Shown: piece by piece, positions 42,271 through 52,529 of the stretch
How the letters are laid out: each line of letters starts with the position of its first letter
Position numbering within the stretch: position 1 is the stretch's first letter
Origin: Sedimentisphaerales bacterium
GTDB taxonomy: Bacteria; Planctomycetota; Phycisphaerae; Sedimentisphaerales; Anaerobacaceae
Direction: 5' to 3'
Length of the DNA: 64,000 bases
Assembly (NCBI GenBank): GCA_040772485.1
Contig: JAXGYC010000007.1
Location: 1,110,733-1,174,732, forward strand
The notes under the pieces: generated by a model
Databases searched by the model: none
What the model saw: the letters and a program-made list of their open reading frames with translations, nothing else
Told to the model about the DNA's origin: nothing
Position numbers and translations under genes: made by a program

Positions 42271-43308
42271 CTACTTCGTGAGCCGTTCGACGAGAAAGTC
42301 CTCGAATCCATCCAGGGATTTCCAGTCGACGGCGCAGTTGATGACCTTGGCCCCTTCGACGATCTTCGTGTAACCGTCGTCCGTGACCTCGACAGGCAGT
42401 TGTTCCATCCTGACCAGGTCCGTGTTGATCGCCAGATAGACCGCCACCGTGTCGAACAGTGTGGAACTGGCGCTGTTGAGCCGGTTGTTGACCAGCCGCG
42501 CCAGATTGGCGGCGTCGATGCCCCTGCGCTCGCCCTTGAGGCCGTCCGCCTGCCAGGCGCGATAGTTCTGCATCAGGTTGCTGGTGATGGCGCTGTTGCG
42601 GCGGAGGACCTTCTGATACTTGTCGCCGCGAAGGTGAATCAGACCGCAAGTGTCCAGCGGCGTAATCGTGATGGGCCAGCCGGCGGTGAAGACCTTGCGG
42701 CAGGCCTTGGCGTCGGCCACGACGTTGTACTCGGCGCTGGGCTTGTCGCTGCCGCCATAGCCTTTGTAGATACTGCCGTGCATGCCGACGAAATTCGCCT
42801 TCTCCGCGATGCGAGGCTCCCGCTCCAGCGCCGCGGCGATGTTGGGCAGAGGCCCGAGGGCGATGATCGTCACCCGCTGCGGGGAGTTTATGACCGTGTC
42901 GATCAGCGATTGAACGCCATCCTGATGAATGGTCCCGGGGTAAGTGGAAAGATCATATCCCTGGACCCAATCCATCTGGCGATGCGTCCCGTCGTGTTGC
43001 TTGACGCCGATCCCGACCGGAATGTCCGCCCGCCCGACTCGGTCGAGGAACCTGGCGACCACCCGGGCCTTGGCTTCGGTGTTGCCCACGGCGGTCGTAA
43101 CCAGCTTGCAGTCCAGCTCGGGCGACTGGAGCAGCAGGGCCAGCGCCCAGGTGTCGTCGATGTCGTCGCAGATGTCCGTGTCGAGGATCACCGGCTTGGC
43201 CGCAGCGCCGGCCGCAAATGCAAGGCTCAGAACCGCCACCACAGCCGGCAGGCATGCCAGAGCGGCTCTGCGTAGCGAGAAGAGAGCAATCGGCTTCGGT
43301 CCTGTCAT
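42271..43308 (-). CDS. Nucleoside hydrolase (IU-NH family) with N-terminal signal peptide
   Basis: VILDTDICDDIDDTWAL, LGPLPN, AEYNV, PLDTC, LFD; leader ...VVAVLSLAFAAGAAA. Confidence 0.88.
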   Translation of the reverse strand: MTGPKPIALFSLRRAALACLPAVVAVLSLAFAAGAAAKPVILDTDICDDIDDTWALALLLQSPELDCKLVTTAVGNTEAKARVVARFLDRVGRADIPVGIGVKQHDGTHRQMDWVQGYDLSTYPGTIHQDGVQSLIDTVINSPQRVTIIALGPLPNIAAALEREPRIAEKANFVGMHGSIYKGYGGSDKPSAEYNVVADAKACRKVFTAGWPITITPLDTCGLIHLRGDKYQKVLRRNSAITSNLMQNYRAWQADGLKGERRGIDAANLARLVNNRLNSASSTLFDTVAVYLAINTDLVRMEQLPVEVTDDGYTKIVEGAKVINCAVDWKSLDGFEDFLVERLTK

Positions 43309-43323
43309 AATGCAGCCTCCCGC

Positions 43324-43406
43324 GATTCACGATTTACAGGTGACGGTCCACAGTTTACGATTGACACTCACTCGCGATAGTAAATCGTCAACCGCACATA
43401 GTCAAT
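43324..43406. repeat. Degenerate inverted heptamer-type element in the divergent promoter region
   Basis: ACGATTTAC and TTTACGATTGAC on the left face GTAAATCGTCAAC and TAGTCAAT on the right. Confidence 0.45.
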
Positions 43407-43422
43407 TGCAAAGGTCCGGCTC

Positions 43423-44136
43423 ATGGATGTGATTCCAGCGATCGACCTGCGGGACGGCAAGGTCGTCCGGCTGATTCAGGGGCAATACGACAAGCAGATC
43501 ACGTACCGGGACGACCCCGCCGAACAGGCGCGGCAGTTCCACGCCGACGGCGCCCGATGGCTGCACGTTGTCGACCTCGACGGCGCCAAGGCGGGCCGGC
43601 CCGTCAACACCGCGAGCATCGAGGCCATCGCCAGGTTGGGCCTGCTGAAGATCGAGGTTGGCGGCGGCCTGCGCGACGAGGCCTCGATCGCGCAACTGCT
43701 CGATATGGGCGTGACGCGCGTCATCATCGGGACCAAGGCGGTCAGTGACTTCGACTGGTTCCGTCGGATGGCCGAGACGTTCGCCGGCCGGATCGTGCTG
43801 GGTCTCGATGCGCGAGGCTCGATGGTCGCCACGCACGGCTGGCTCGAGGACAGCAAACAAACTGTTCTCGAATTTGCCGCTCGTGCGGACGAATTGCCTC
43901 TGGCCGCGATCATCTACACCGACATCGCCAAGGACGGGATGCTGACCGGACCGAACATCGAGCGGACAAAGGCCCTGGCCAAGGCCGTGAGGACCCCAGT
44001 CATCGCTTCCGGCGGCGTCAAGGAAGTCGACGACATCCGCCGGCTCAATCCCATCGGCGTCGCCGGCGTGATCGTCGGCCGCAGCCTCTATGAAGGAACG
44101 CTCACCCTGCGCGAAGCCATCGCCGCCGCAAGGTAG
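43423..44136 (+). CDS. hisA: ProFAR isomerase
   Basis: VIPAIDLRDGKVVRLIQG, LHVVDLDGA, GGGLR, TDIAKDGMLTGPN, ASGGV. Confidence 0.97.
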   Translation: MDVIPAIDLRDGKVVRLIQGQYDKQITYRDDPAEQARQFHADGARWLHVVDLDGAKAGRPVNTASIEAIARLGLLKIEVGGGLRDEASIAQLLDMGVTRVIIGTKAVSDFDWFRRMAETFAGRIVLGLDARGSMVATHGWLEDSKQTVLEFAARADELPLAAIIYTDIAKDGMLTGPNIERTKALAKAVRTPVIASGGVKEVDDIRRLNPIGVAGVIVGRSLYEGTLTLREAIAAAR

Positions 44137-44137
44137 C

Positions 44138-45154
44138 CTATCGATAGCAGTCACTTGGGCCGATGATCCCCTTCTCCACCCTGTTCTCAAGAAGAAACTG
44201 GCGGATGTGGGTGCAGAGATGGCACTTGTCGGCGTAGACGTCGAGTCGGCGGTAGCCCCGAGACTCGGCTTTGTCAAGTAAGCCATAGGGTCCCTTCTGG
44301 CACAGCGTCCCGACGAGCCCCTCCGCCCGAGGATGGAATTGTCTCCAGATCTCTTCGAGTGGCTTGTTGTTGACATTGCCCAGAATGATTCCGCTGCACG
44401 TGCCACTGAAGACGTTACCGTAGGGATCGACGTGAACACCTTTGGCCCCGAAAAAATCGCGGAAGCAGTTCGTGTCTGCAAAGGACTCCACAGGCTTCGA
44501 AGCGAGCAAGTCTCCCAAGCGGTCGGCGGCACGGCCTGCGAAACGAAACGGATGCTCGTGATACGCTGCGACACATTCACCATCGGCAAGCTTCGCCTGC
44601 CGCTGCCACCCGGCGCCCTTGCCGGCAAGATAGTCCTCCCAACGAACCAGGACACGCTCAGCGCCGAGCAACTCCTTCGCGACCGCCGCCAGCAGATGCA
44701 CGCGATCAATATCGACATATTGCTGATGGAACGGGTCTGCGCTGATCTTCAGACGATGCACGTCGAGATCGAGGAGAATCCGCAAGCGGTCTCGCGCGAG
44801 CGTCTCGGTGGTCGCCCAGGAGCCGTTGGTCTCGACCAGATCGACGGGGCCGAGCTTCTGTCTTCGGCCTTCGGCCAGAATCTCGACAAGACGGTCCCAG
44901 TAGAGAAACGGCTCGCCTCCGGTCAGGTGAACCTTGGCCGCGTCGCCGGCCAGGTTCTTCAGCGATCGCCAGGCCGCAAGGCAGGTTTCGACGGGCATGA
45001 GCCCCCCCTTCTCAGGGGAGCAATGATAATAGCAGAACTCGCACGCGGCACTGCACCGGTACGTCAGCAGCAGTCCCGCCGAGCGCCATAGCTTGAACTT
45101 CGGCTCATCCCGCGCCAAGCCCCGATTGTACGCGTTGTCCGCAAGATCACTCAT
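44138..45154 (-). CDS. Radical SAM protein with SPASM/twitch-like C terminus
   Basis: CSAACEFC (CxxxCxxC), [14 protein letters not shown]-terminal C/CSG/LC/KCHLC. Start moved to ATG 45154. Confidence 0.88.
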   Translation of the reverse strand: MSDLADNAYNRGLARDEPKFKLWRSAGLLLTYRCSAACEFCYYHCSPEKGGLMPVETCLAAWRSLKNLAGDAAKVHLTGGEPFLYWDRLVEILAEGRRQKLGPVDLVETNGSWATTETLARDRLRILLDLDVHRLKISADPFHQQYVDIDRVHLLAAVAKELLGAERVLVRWEDYLAGKGAGWQRQAKLADGECVAAYHEHPFRFAGRAADRLGDLLASKPVESFADTNCFRDFFGAKGVHVDPYGNVFSGTCSGIILGNVNNKPLEEIWRQFHPRAEGLVGTLCQKGPYGLLDKAESRGYRRLDVYADKCHLCTHIRQFLLENRVEKGIIGPSDCYR

Positions 45155-45159
45155 GGATG

Positions 45160-47004
45160 TCACGCCGGCCCTCCTGGTGTCCCGCTCGCCGGGCCGGAAG
45201 ACTTCTTCAGGCAGATTTGCAGGACCGTGATGTCGGCCGGAGTAATGCCGCTGATCCGCGAGGCGTGGCCCAGCGTGGCCGGCTTGAAGGCGGAGAGTTT
45301 CTCCCTGGCCTCGCAGCGAAGATGTATCACGGCGCCGTAGTCGAAACCGGCGGGAATCTTCTTGTTGTCGAGGTTTTGCTGCAAAGCCGCGACGCGCTGC
45401 TGCTTGACCAGATAGCCCTCGTACTTGGCGTCGACGGTGACCGCCTCGATAATGTCCCGCCCATAGCCGGCGGCCCTGACTTCGGACAACTCCGCCAGCC
45501 GGACGGCCATGTCGCTGTTCGGCCTTCGCAACAAATCCCACAGACTGCTGCCCTCGCGCCGTGTCGTTTGCAGATACGAGCGGAGACTCTCGACATCGGC
45601 CAGCTTCTTCCGGAACCGCGCGTGGCGGACGTCGTCAACGAGGCCGACACAGCGGCCGATCTCCGTCAGCCGCCGGTCCGCGTTGTCGTAACGCAAGGCC
45701 AGACGATGCTCGGCGCGCGACGTGAACATGCGATATGGCTCGTCAATCCCTCGCGTCATCAGATCGTCGATCAACACGCCGATATAGGCTTGATCGCGGC
45801 GTAGCACCAAAGGCTCTTGCGAGCAGAGCTTTCGCGTTGCGTTGATGCCGGCCAGAATACCCTGCCCCGCCGCCTCTTCGTAGCCGCTGGTCCCGTTGAT
45901 CTGCCCGGCCAGGAATAGACCGCCGATGCGCTTGGTCTCCAGGCTGGGCTGCAACTGCGTTGGAGGACAGTAGTCGTATTCTATGGCGTAGGCATAGTGG
46001 ACAATCCGCGCGCGCTCCGTGCCCGGCATCAGGCGGAGCATCTCTTCCTGCACCTCCCTGGGCAGCGACGTGCTGATCCCGTTACAGTAGATGGTCGTCC
46101 GCGCCTCATCCTCCGGTTCGAGAAACACCTGATGGCGATCCTTGTCTGCAAAGCGGAGAATCTTGGTCTCGATACTGGGGCAGTACCGGGGTCCAATCGA
46201 CTGAATCTGGCCGGTGTACAAGGGAGCGCGATCGAGATTGTCGCGAATCAACTGGTGAATCCGCTCGTTCGTGTAAGTGATCCAGCACGGTGTCTGATCG
46301 CGGTCGATCCGATCGGTCATGAAGGAAAACGGGACAGGGTCACCGTCGCCATATTGGATTTCGAGCGTATCGAGGTCGCAGGTGGAGGCGTCAAGCCGCA
46401 CGGGCGTGCCGGTCTTGAGACGCCGCACATCGAGCCCCAGGCGTTCAAGGCTCTCCGACAGTTCATCCGCCGGCGGTTCGCCGAGTCGCCCGCCCGGCTG
46501 CTGCTCGGTCCCCACATGCATCAGGCCCCGCAGGAACGTTCCGGTGGTCAGTATCATCGTCGGCGCAAAGAAAACTCCTCCGTCCTGACAGCGCACACCC
46601 CGGACACGGTTCTGCTCCGCAAGAACCTCGCTGGCCATCGCCTCGACAATGGTCAGGTTCGGCGTCTGTTCCAGGGCGGCCCGCATGAAATCCTGGTAGC
46701 GGTATTTGTCCGCCTGGGCCCTTGGCGCGCGGACCGCCGGTCCCTTGGAGCGATTGAGCAAGCGGAATTGAATGCCCGTCGCATCCGTCGCCAGACCCAT
46801 CAGGCCGCCCAGCGCATCGACCTCGCAGGCGATCTGGCCCTTGCCAAGTCCGCCGATGGCGGGATTGCAGCTCATCTTGGCGATCGTGTCCCGGCGGAGG
46901 GTGATCAGGCAGGTCCGAGCGCCGATCCTGGCGGCGGCATGCGCCGCCTCGATTCCGGCGTGCCCCGCCCCCACGACGATGCAGTCAAAGTCATTGGGCT
47001 TCAT
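45160..47004 (-). CDS. mnmG: tRNA U34 carboxymethylaminomethyl modification enzyme
   Basis: [59 protein letters not shown]. Confidence 0.98.
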   Translation of the reverse strand: MKPNDFDCIVVGAGHAGIEAAHAAARIGARTCLITLRRDTIAKMSCNPAIGGLGKGQIACEVDALGGLMGLATDATGIQFRLLNRSKGPAVRAPRAQADKYRYQDFMRAALEQTPNLTIVEAMASEVLAEQNRVRGVRCQDGGVFFAPTMILTTGTFLRGLMHVGTEQQPGGRLGEPPADELSESLERLGLDVRRLKTGTPVRLDASTCDLDTLEIQYGDGDPVPFSFMTDRIDRDQTPCWITYTNERIHQLIRDNLDRAPLYTGQIQSIGPRYCPSIETKILRFADKDRHQVFLEPEDEARTTIYCNGISTSLPREVQEEMLRLMPGTERARIVHYAYAIEYDYCPPTQLQPSLETKRIGGLFLAGQINGTSGYEEAAGQGILAGINATRKLCSQEPLVLRRDQAYIGVLIDDLMTRGIDEPYRMFTSRAEHRLALRYDNADRRLTEIGRCVGLVDDVRHARFRKKLADVESLRSYLQTTRREGSSLWDLLRRPNSDMAVRLAELSEVRAAGYGRDIIEAVTVDAKYEGYLVKQQRVAALQQNLDNKKIPAGFDYGAVIHLRCEAREKLSAFKPATLGHASRISGITPADITVLQICLKKSSGPASGTPGGPA

Positions 47005-47389
47005 GGGACCGTGCCAGCGCCACGGCCGAGGCGATGGCGAAGTTGGCCGTGTGCGTAATGCTGATGCTGATCCGTTCGATCCCCAGCTCCCGGGCGATCC
47101 TCTGGACCTCTCCGGACAGAGTCACCTCCGGCCGGCCTGACGGATCGTTGGTCACCTCGATATCCGTCCAGGCGATCTTGCCCCGCCAGCCGGTCCCCAC
47201 CAGCTTGAGAATCGCCTCCTTGGCCGCAAACCGGCCCGCGTAGTTCTCGATCGAGTTCATTCGCCCCCGCGCGCAGGCCTGCTCGGCCGGCGTGAAGACA
47301 CGGTTGAGAAACCGCTCGCCATGCCGCTCGCACATCTCCTCAATGCGGGGGCAGTCCACCAAATCGATGCCATGAGCGATGATGTCCAT
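46991..47389 (-). CDS. acpS: Holo-ACP synthase
   Basis: HGIDLV, RVFTPAE, GRFAAKEA, ISITH. Confidence 0.96.
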   Translation of the reverse strand: MDIIAHGIDLVDCPRIEEMCERHGERFLNRVFTPAEQACARGRMNSIENYAGRFAAKEAILKLVGTGWRGKIAWTDIEVTNDPSGRPEVTLSGEVQRIARELGIERISISITHTANFAIASAVALARSHEAQ

Positions 47390-47416
47390 TTCTGGCTCGC
47401 AGGAAACGTGGGGTCT

Positions 47417-48619
47417 TTACGGTGCAGGCGCCGGGGGACTGACGGCATAGTACAAACGTTCGAGACAGCCGTTGACGAACCCGTCCGTGTCGGCCAGGGC
47501 CATCTGTTCGACGATCTCGTCATCCAGTCGGGCGATGGCCTCGATGCGCCGGGTCTCCTCGATGTTTGCCTCCACCTTCTCCTGTACCTCGGCCATCGGG
47601 AGATATCCTTTGTCACGCCTCTGGACCAGTTTCATGATGAACGCGTGGCCCGGCGCGTCGAGGGGACCGGCGAGATCACCCTCTTTCATCTTCTTTGCCC
47701 AGTCGACCAGCACCGCGTAGGGCGGAGCCAGCGACTCGGGATCGCGAGCCGGCCACAGGCCTTCCGACCCGCCGACGTAGTACTCCGCGTACTCCGAATA
47801 CTCCTCGGCCAGCTTGCCGAAATCCTCGCCCGCCTCAATTCGGGCGACCAACGCTTCGGCCAGCCGGCGCGCCGTCTCCACAGGACTGTCGTTCGGATCC
47901 GCCAGCTCCACGCGGGCCGCCGAGATGTCAATCAGCCGAAACTGAATCAGGCCCGGCTGGACGAACGCCTGATCCTTCATCCGCTCGTACGTCGCGGCCA
48001 GCTCGCTGTGCGTAATCGGCCGGTTCCGCGACAGCTTCGACTCCACCGAGTACTGCGCCAGAATCTGCTTCTTCTTGTGTTCCTTGAACGTCGTGCGATT
48101 CATGCCCATCGCCCGGAGGGCTTCGTCGGCTTCGGCGTTGTTGCCCCCATGCTCGATCACGAATCTTCGCAGTTCCTTGTCGACCAGCTTGTCCAGCGTG
48201 TCGTCAATCTTGTCCCCCAATTGACGCTGCGCCCGTTTGTAGAGCACGATATTGCTGACGTTGGCGCCGAGCTGCTGACGAAGGCGGGGCCGCGCGACTT
48301 CCATGAACTGCTCCAGCGTTGCGACTTTCGCCATCTCCTCAAGCCACGTCTTGAACGACGCGTTCGACGCCTCCTGTCCGGACGAGATGGTCATGATGTC
48401 CTCGCAGGTGATCCGCTCGCCGCTGACGATCAGTTCGTCGGGCGCTACGGGCCTGGCCGCCTCGCTCAGACGCTGGACCTCCTGCTCCGTCAGCGACGCC
48501 TTCTTGGCCTCGGTCCCACCGCAGCCGGCTATCGCGAGGGCCGCTGCGACGGCCACGACCGCGAGGATCAGACCCGCGATTGATGGATCACACATCGACT
48601 TCGTTCGACTCTTGTGCAT
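47417..48619 (-). CDS. PpiC/SurA-type peptidyl-prolyl isomerase lipoprotein
   Basis: Lipobox IAGC, a SurA-like helical region, and parvulin-like GEDFGKLAEEYSE. Confidence 0.75.
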   Translation of the reverse strand: MHKSRTKSMCDPSIAGLILAVVAVAAALAIAGCGGTEAKKASLTEQEVQRLSEAARPVAPDELIVSGERITCEDIMTISSGQEASNASFKTWLEEMAKVATLEQFMEVARPRLRQQLGANVSNIVLYKRAQRQLGDKIDDTLDKLVDKELRRFVIEHGGNNAEADEALRAMGMNRTTFKEHKKKQILAQYSVESKLSRNRPITHSELAATYERMKDQAFVQPGLIQFRLIDISAARVELADPNDSPVETARRLAEALVARIEAGEDFGKLAEEYSEYAEYYVGGSEGLWPARDPESLAPPYAVLVDWAKKMKEGDLAGPLDAPGHAFIMKLVQRRDKGYLPMAEVQEKVEANIEETRRIEAIARLDDEIVEQMALADTDGFVNGCLERLYYAVSPPAPAP

Positions 48620-48661
48620 CCTGAGATTGTCCCCCAGTGAAGAGGCAATTGATACGCCCCG

Positions 48662-49252
48662 TTAACTCGGATCGCCCGCAGTGCCTCGCAGTCCGATCTG
48701 ATCGGCCACTTCCTGAATAGCGGCGATCGCATCTTCGATCAGGACCGTCAGCTCGACTCCGAGCATCGCGGCCCCCTTCTCAATGACCTCGCGGTTGACT
48801 CCGGCGGCAAACGACTTCTCTTTCCATTTCTTCCTGACCGACTTGGCCGTCAGGTCCATCACGCTCCTGGTCGGACGCACCAGAGCCGTGGCCGCCACCA
48901 GCCCCGTCAACTCGTCCATCGCATACAGCACTTTCTCCAGCTCACTCTGCGGTTCCACGTCGCTGCAGATGCCCCAACCGTGCGAGACGACTGCGCGGAT
49001 GTACTCCTCGGGCCAGCCGCGCTGGCGCAGGATCTCCTCGGTCTTCTTGCAGTGCTGCTCCGGGAACCGTTCGTAATCCAGATCGTGGACCAGACCGATG
49101 ACGCCCCACTTCTCTTCGTCCTGGCCTGTCTTTCGCGCCCAACGCCGCATCACCGCCTCGACGGCCAGCGCGTGCCGGATCAACGCTTCGTTCTCGTTGT
49201 ATTCCTGGAGAAGCGCCAGGGCCTGGTCCCGTGTCGGAGCGGTTTGTTGCAT
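48662..49252 (-). CDS. HD-domain metal-dependent hydrolase
   Basis: RHALAVE, GLVHDLDYE, SHG, DELTG, FAAGVNRE. Confidence 0.88.
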   Translation of the reverse strand: MQQTAPTRDQALALLQEYNENEALIRHALAVEAVMRRWARKTGQDEEKWGVIGLVHDLDYERFPEQHCKKTEEILRQRGWPEEYIRAVVSHGWGICSDVEPQSELEKVLYAMDELTGLVAATALVRPTRSVMDLTAKSVRKKWKEKSFAAGVNREVIEKGAAMLGVELTVLIEDAIAAIQEVADQIGLRGTAGDPS

Positions 49253-49346
49253 CGGCAGAACCTCTATCAGAACAGTATCTTGCGCCAGCCGCCTACTCTA
49301 CCGAGAGGGAGGGCCGATTGCAATCGCCATTTGGAGGCCGCAAGCC

Positions 49347-49379
49347 AAAGGGCAGGACGGCTTGGCGCCGCCCTGCCCT
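49347..49379 (-). terminator. Probable terminator hairpin downstream of the LamG gene pair
   Basis: AGGGCAGGGCGGC-loop-GCCGTCCTGCCCT on the minus strand with a short T tail. Confidence 0.5.
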
Positions 49380-49462
49380 CTGACAACTGGCACCTTGACA
49401 AACACGGACGCTCTTAGAGGGCTCAGTCTGCGTACGGCAAGGCCGCCCTCTGTGGCGTGGCA

Positions 49463-52402
49463 TCAGAACGATTTGTGCATCGGTGCGGTCCTGCCGGCCA
49501 GCCAGGCAATCTCGTCGGCTGAAAGCGCCCGATCGTAGAGGCGCACTTCATCGATCGCACCGGCCCAGAACTCATTGAGATTGTTCACCTGCTGGCCGAT
49601 ATGCGCGCGATTCAAGGGCAGGTTCCAGTTCTTGGCGGCCGAGGCGACCTCAATGCCGTCGGCGTACAGCTTCGCCGTAGTCCCGTCGTAGGTCACGGCG
49701 GCATGGTGCCATTCGCCCAGTTCCCAGAAGCCGGCCAAGCTGATGTCGTCGGCATAGCCGCCCCCGTAGAGGTCGGCGCCGCTCATGCCGATGAAGCAAG
49801 CAGTGCCGGTGCCCTCGGAACCATAGGACGCAATCCAGCGCCAGCCCGCGTAAACCGCACCCGGCTTGCCCCATCCGCTCAGAGATCGCGGGGCCCTCCC
49901 CGACGGCCAATCGGACGGATTGCCCATGTCGACGTACTGACCGGCGCCGTCGAGCTCAACGGCCTGGCCCTGCACGCCGGTGACGTAGGTCGGCGCGCCC
50001 ATGGCGGTGCCGTTATAGCCGTTGCCCGAACTGTCGTTGGCGTTGCCGTCCAGGGCGTACCGGGCCACCAGACCCGCCGTCGGCTCGCTCGGCGTGATGT
50101 ATTCCACCGCGTTCGGATACGGGAATAGGATGTCGTCGATGTACGCGGCGCTGCCCGTCGCGGCGCCCGTCCACGCCGACCGTCAGCTCCGTGACCGCGG
50201 CGCCAGATTGCCCACGGCCGATAAATCGATGTTCCACGGCTGCGCAGGCCCGGCCGATATCGGCCGCATCGCCGTCATAGACCACCTTGATCCCGTTGAT
50301 CTTTACATACAACTGGCCGCCGTTGCCGGCCGTACCACGGAAGTACAGACCGAGACTCTGCACGCCATGTCCCGGTCCAGTCACTGCGGAACTCGAACGT
50401 TCGCACGGTCTCCGAGTAGTTCGGCTGGAAGAAGTCGTAGTACCCCAGGAAGCATGGACTGCCTGCCGCCATGCACGACGGTCCGCTCGGCGAAGGGAGC
50501 GTCGAGGTGTCCGACCAGCGCGCCGGTCGTTCTCTCCCAGCCGTCGACCCAAGCCTGGAAGGCCTGGCTCCGCCCGCGTCCACATCGTTCGTGTAACTCT
50601 CCATGTCGTCCACAACACCGTATGCGGCGGTCATAAGCTCCAGACGTCGCCTTCAGCGGCTGACCGCCTCGGCCTCGTTGACCTCGTCCACTCGCCAGTA
50701 GTAATTGGCGGCGTACTGAATCATCAGGCGTGAAGACGCTTGTCGGTAGCAGTTCCAGCCAGAGAAAGACCCGCTGGATCGGTCCCAGATAGACCCTCGT
50801 GCGAAGCGGCTTCTGTCCCGGCCCGGACGCCAACCAAAGGTCATGTCGGCCTCGGCACCCATCGTATCGAAGCCGGCTCCGTACGCCGGCCGAGGCCGAA
50901 CATGAACTCACTTCACTCAGGCCAAACTGGCCCATCGTACCGTAGCCGCTGTTGACGGTCAGGCAGCGTACTGGCGCGGCCCGCCGAAATCGACGGTAGT
51001 GTTGGCCAGGTGTGCACGTGGTCTTGGCCGTCGCCCGAGGCCAGCTCCACCTCGCCCAGCGCGTCCACTCGGCGCCGTCCATAGTACTCCACGGTCGCCC
51101 CTTTGATCCCGAAGCCGAGCATCAGCAGGGCTGCACCAGGTAGTTCCAGACCAGCATCTGGTGCGGTCGATGAACGCGGGTCGAACTCGAACTGAATCCA
51201 CGGCGGCTCAGCGCCGCCCGCCAGCTTTCCCCATGTCGGTGCTCTCGGTCAGTGCTGATCGCCGGCGTTCGGGCCAATCCGTTGACCGTGTTCTCAGGCG
51301 GCTCCTTCCTTCGGACACTCGGGTGCTCGTAGCCACAACGCTCGTGATGGCGTACGCAACTCGGCGGTGAAGCTCCAGACCACGCCCTTGTCGATCGTGT
51401 TGTCGAGGCGCGCGTTGACCTCGTCCGCGCGCTGACCAGTACGTCGTCGCGAAGTCGAGCCGTCGACGGATCATAGCTCGTAGCGCTTGACCCCTGACTG
51501 ACCAGCACGCCCATCGGATTGGCCCGGCTGACCGCGTTCACGTCATCGAAGGCGGTTCCAAAGTAGACATCGTGCGTCGCGGCAGACATCCCGGCGGTCC
51601 AGCTCAAAATCACCTCGCGCGGCACATCGGTCGCCTCATCGGCCGGACTGGGACTGCCGGCAAGCCGAGGATTGGCCACGACCTTGAGATACCAGTTGTT
51701 GATCCATTCGCTCATCACTTCGCCGCGCGGGTCATCGTCCTGACTGGCGGTCTGGAAGAACACACCGATGCGGCCGCCGGTCACCGAATTGCGAAGGATC
51801 ACGGGTTCCGCCCGGTTGCCATCGGCGGCCAGAGCCAGAATCAGCTCTGCATACCAGTCGTTCGTGAGGGCGTCGAGGTGGATGGCGCGATCCGTGGAGA
51901 AATTGGCCAGGGACGGAGTGTACTTCTGCCCTTCGGCGGTCACCGTGACCGGCGTATCGTCGTCCCACATCTCCATGCTGGGGATGTCCATGACACTCGG
52001 CAGTGCCGCCGTACCATTGGTGCCGGCCGTGCCGATATAGAAGATCCAGTCGCCGGTGTTGATGACGCAGTTGCCGTCATCCAGGAACAATTCGAGCAAG
52101 GAGCCGTCTGGCTGCGCATTGACCGCCGGATAGATCGCATCCGGGCACTGTCCACAAAGGATCAGAAGGTCGGAAACCCCATCTCCCGTATGGGCGGCCA
52201 CCCAATCGGCGAGCGCATCATACTGACCGGCGGCAAACTGGAGCACGGGGACAGCCGTCACATGATCGGCAACCTCCTGCATCTCACGGTCTGCCGCCGC
52301 CTGCGACCACCAGTTTGCTGTCGTGCAGATCGCGATCTCCAACGCCGTCGCCGTCGTGCTGAACGCCATTGCGATGACGAGTACCGACAATAGCCTCCTC
52401 AT
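49463..52402 (-). pseudogene. Paralog of the adjacent LamG/discoidin secreted protein with many frameshifts in its middle (real decay or sequencing error)
   Basis: Intact signal peptide and N-terminal domain from ATG 52402, and an intact C-terminal LamG (49463-50107). The segment ~50110-51480 aligns by eye with ~53180-54550 but carries many small indels. Confidence 0.8.
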
Positions 52403-52529
52403 TTCATGGTCCTCCATATTTCGGGTATCGGGGAAACAGACGTCGCCTCGGCTACACGCCGAAGAACCCGTCCTTCTCTTATCCAATACAATGATCCCAG
52501 GCAAGGTCCGACACGCCGGCACATCCGCG

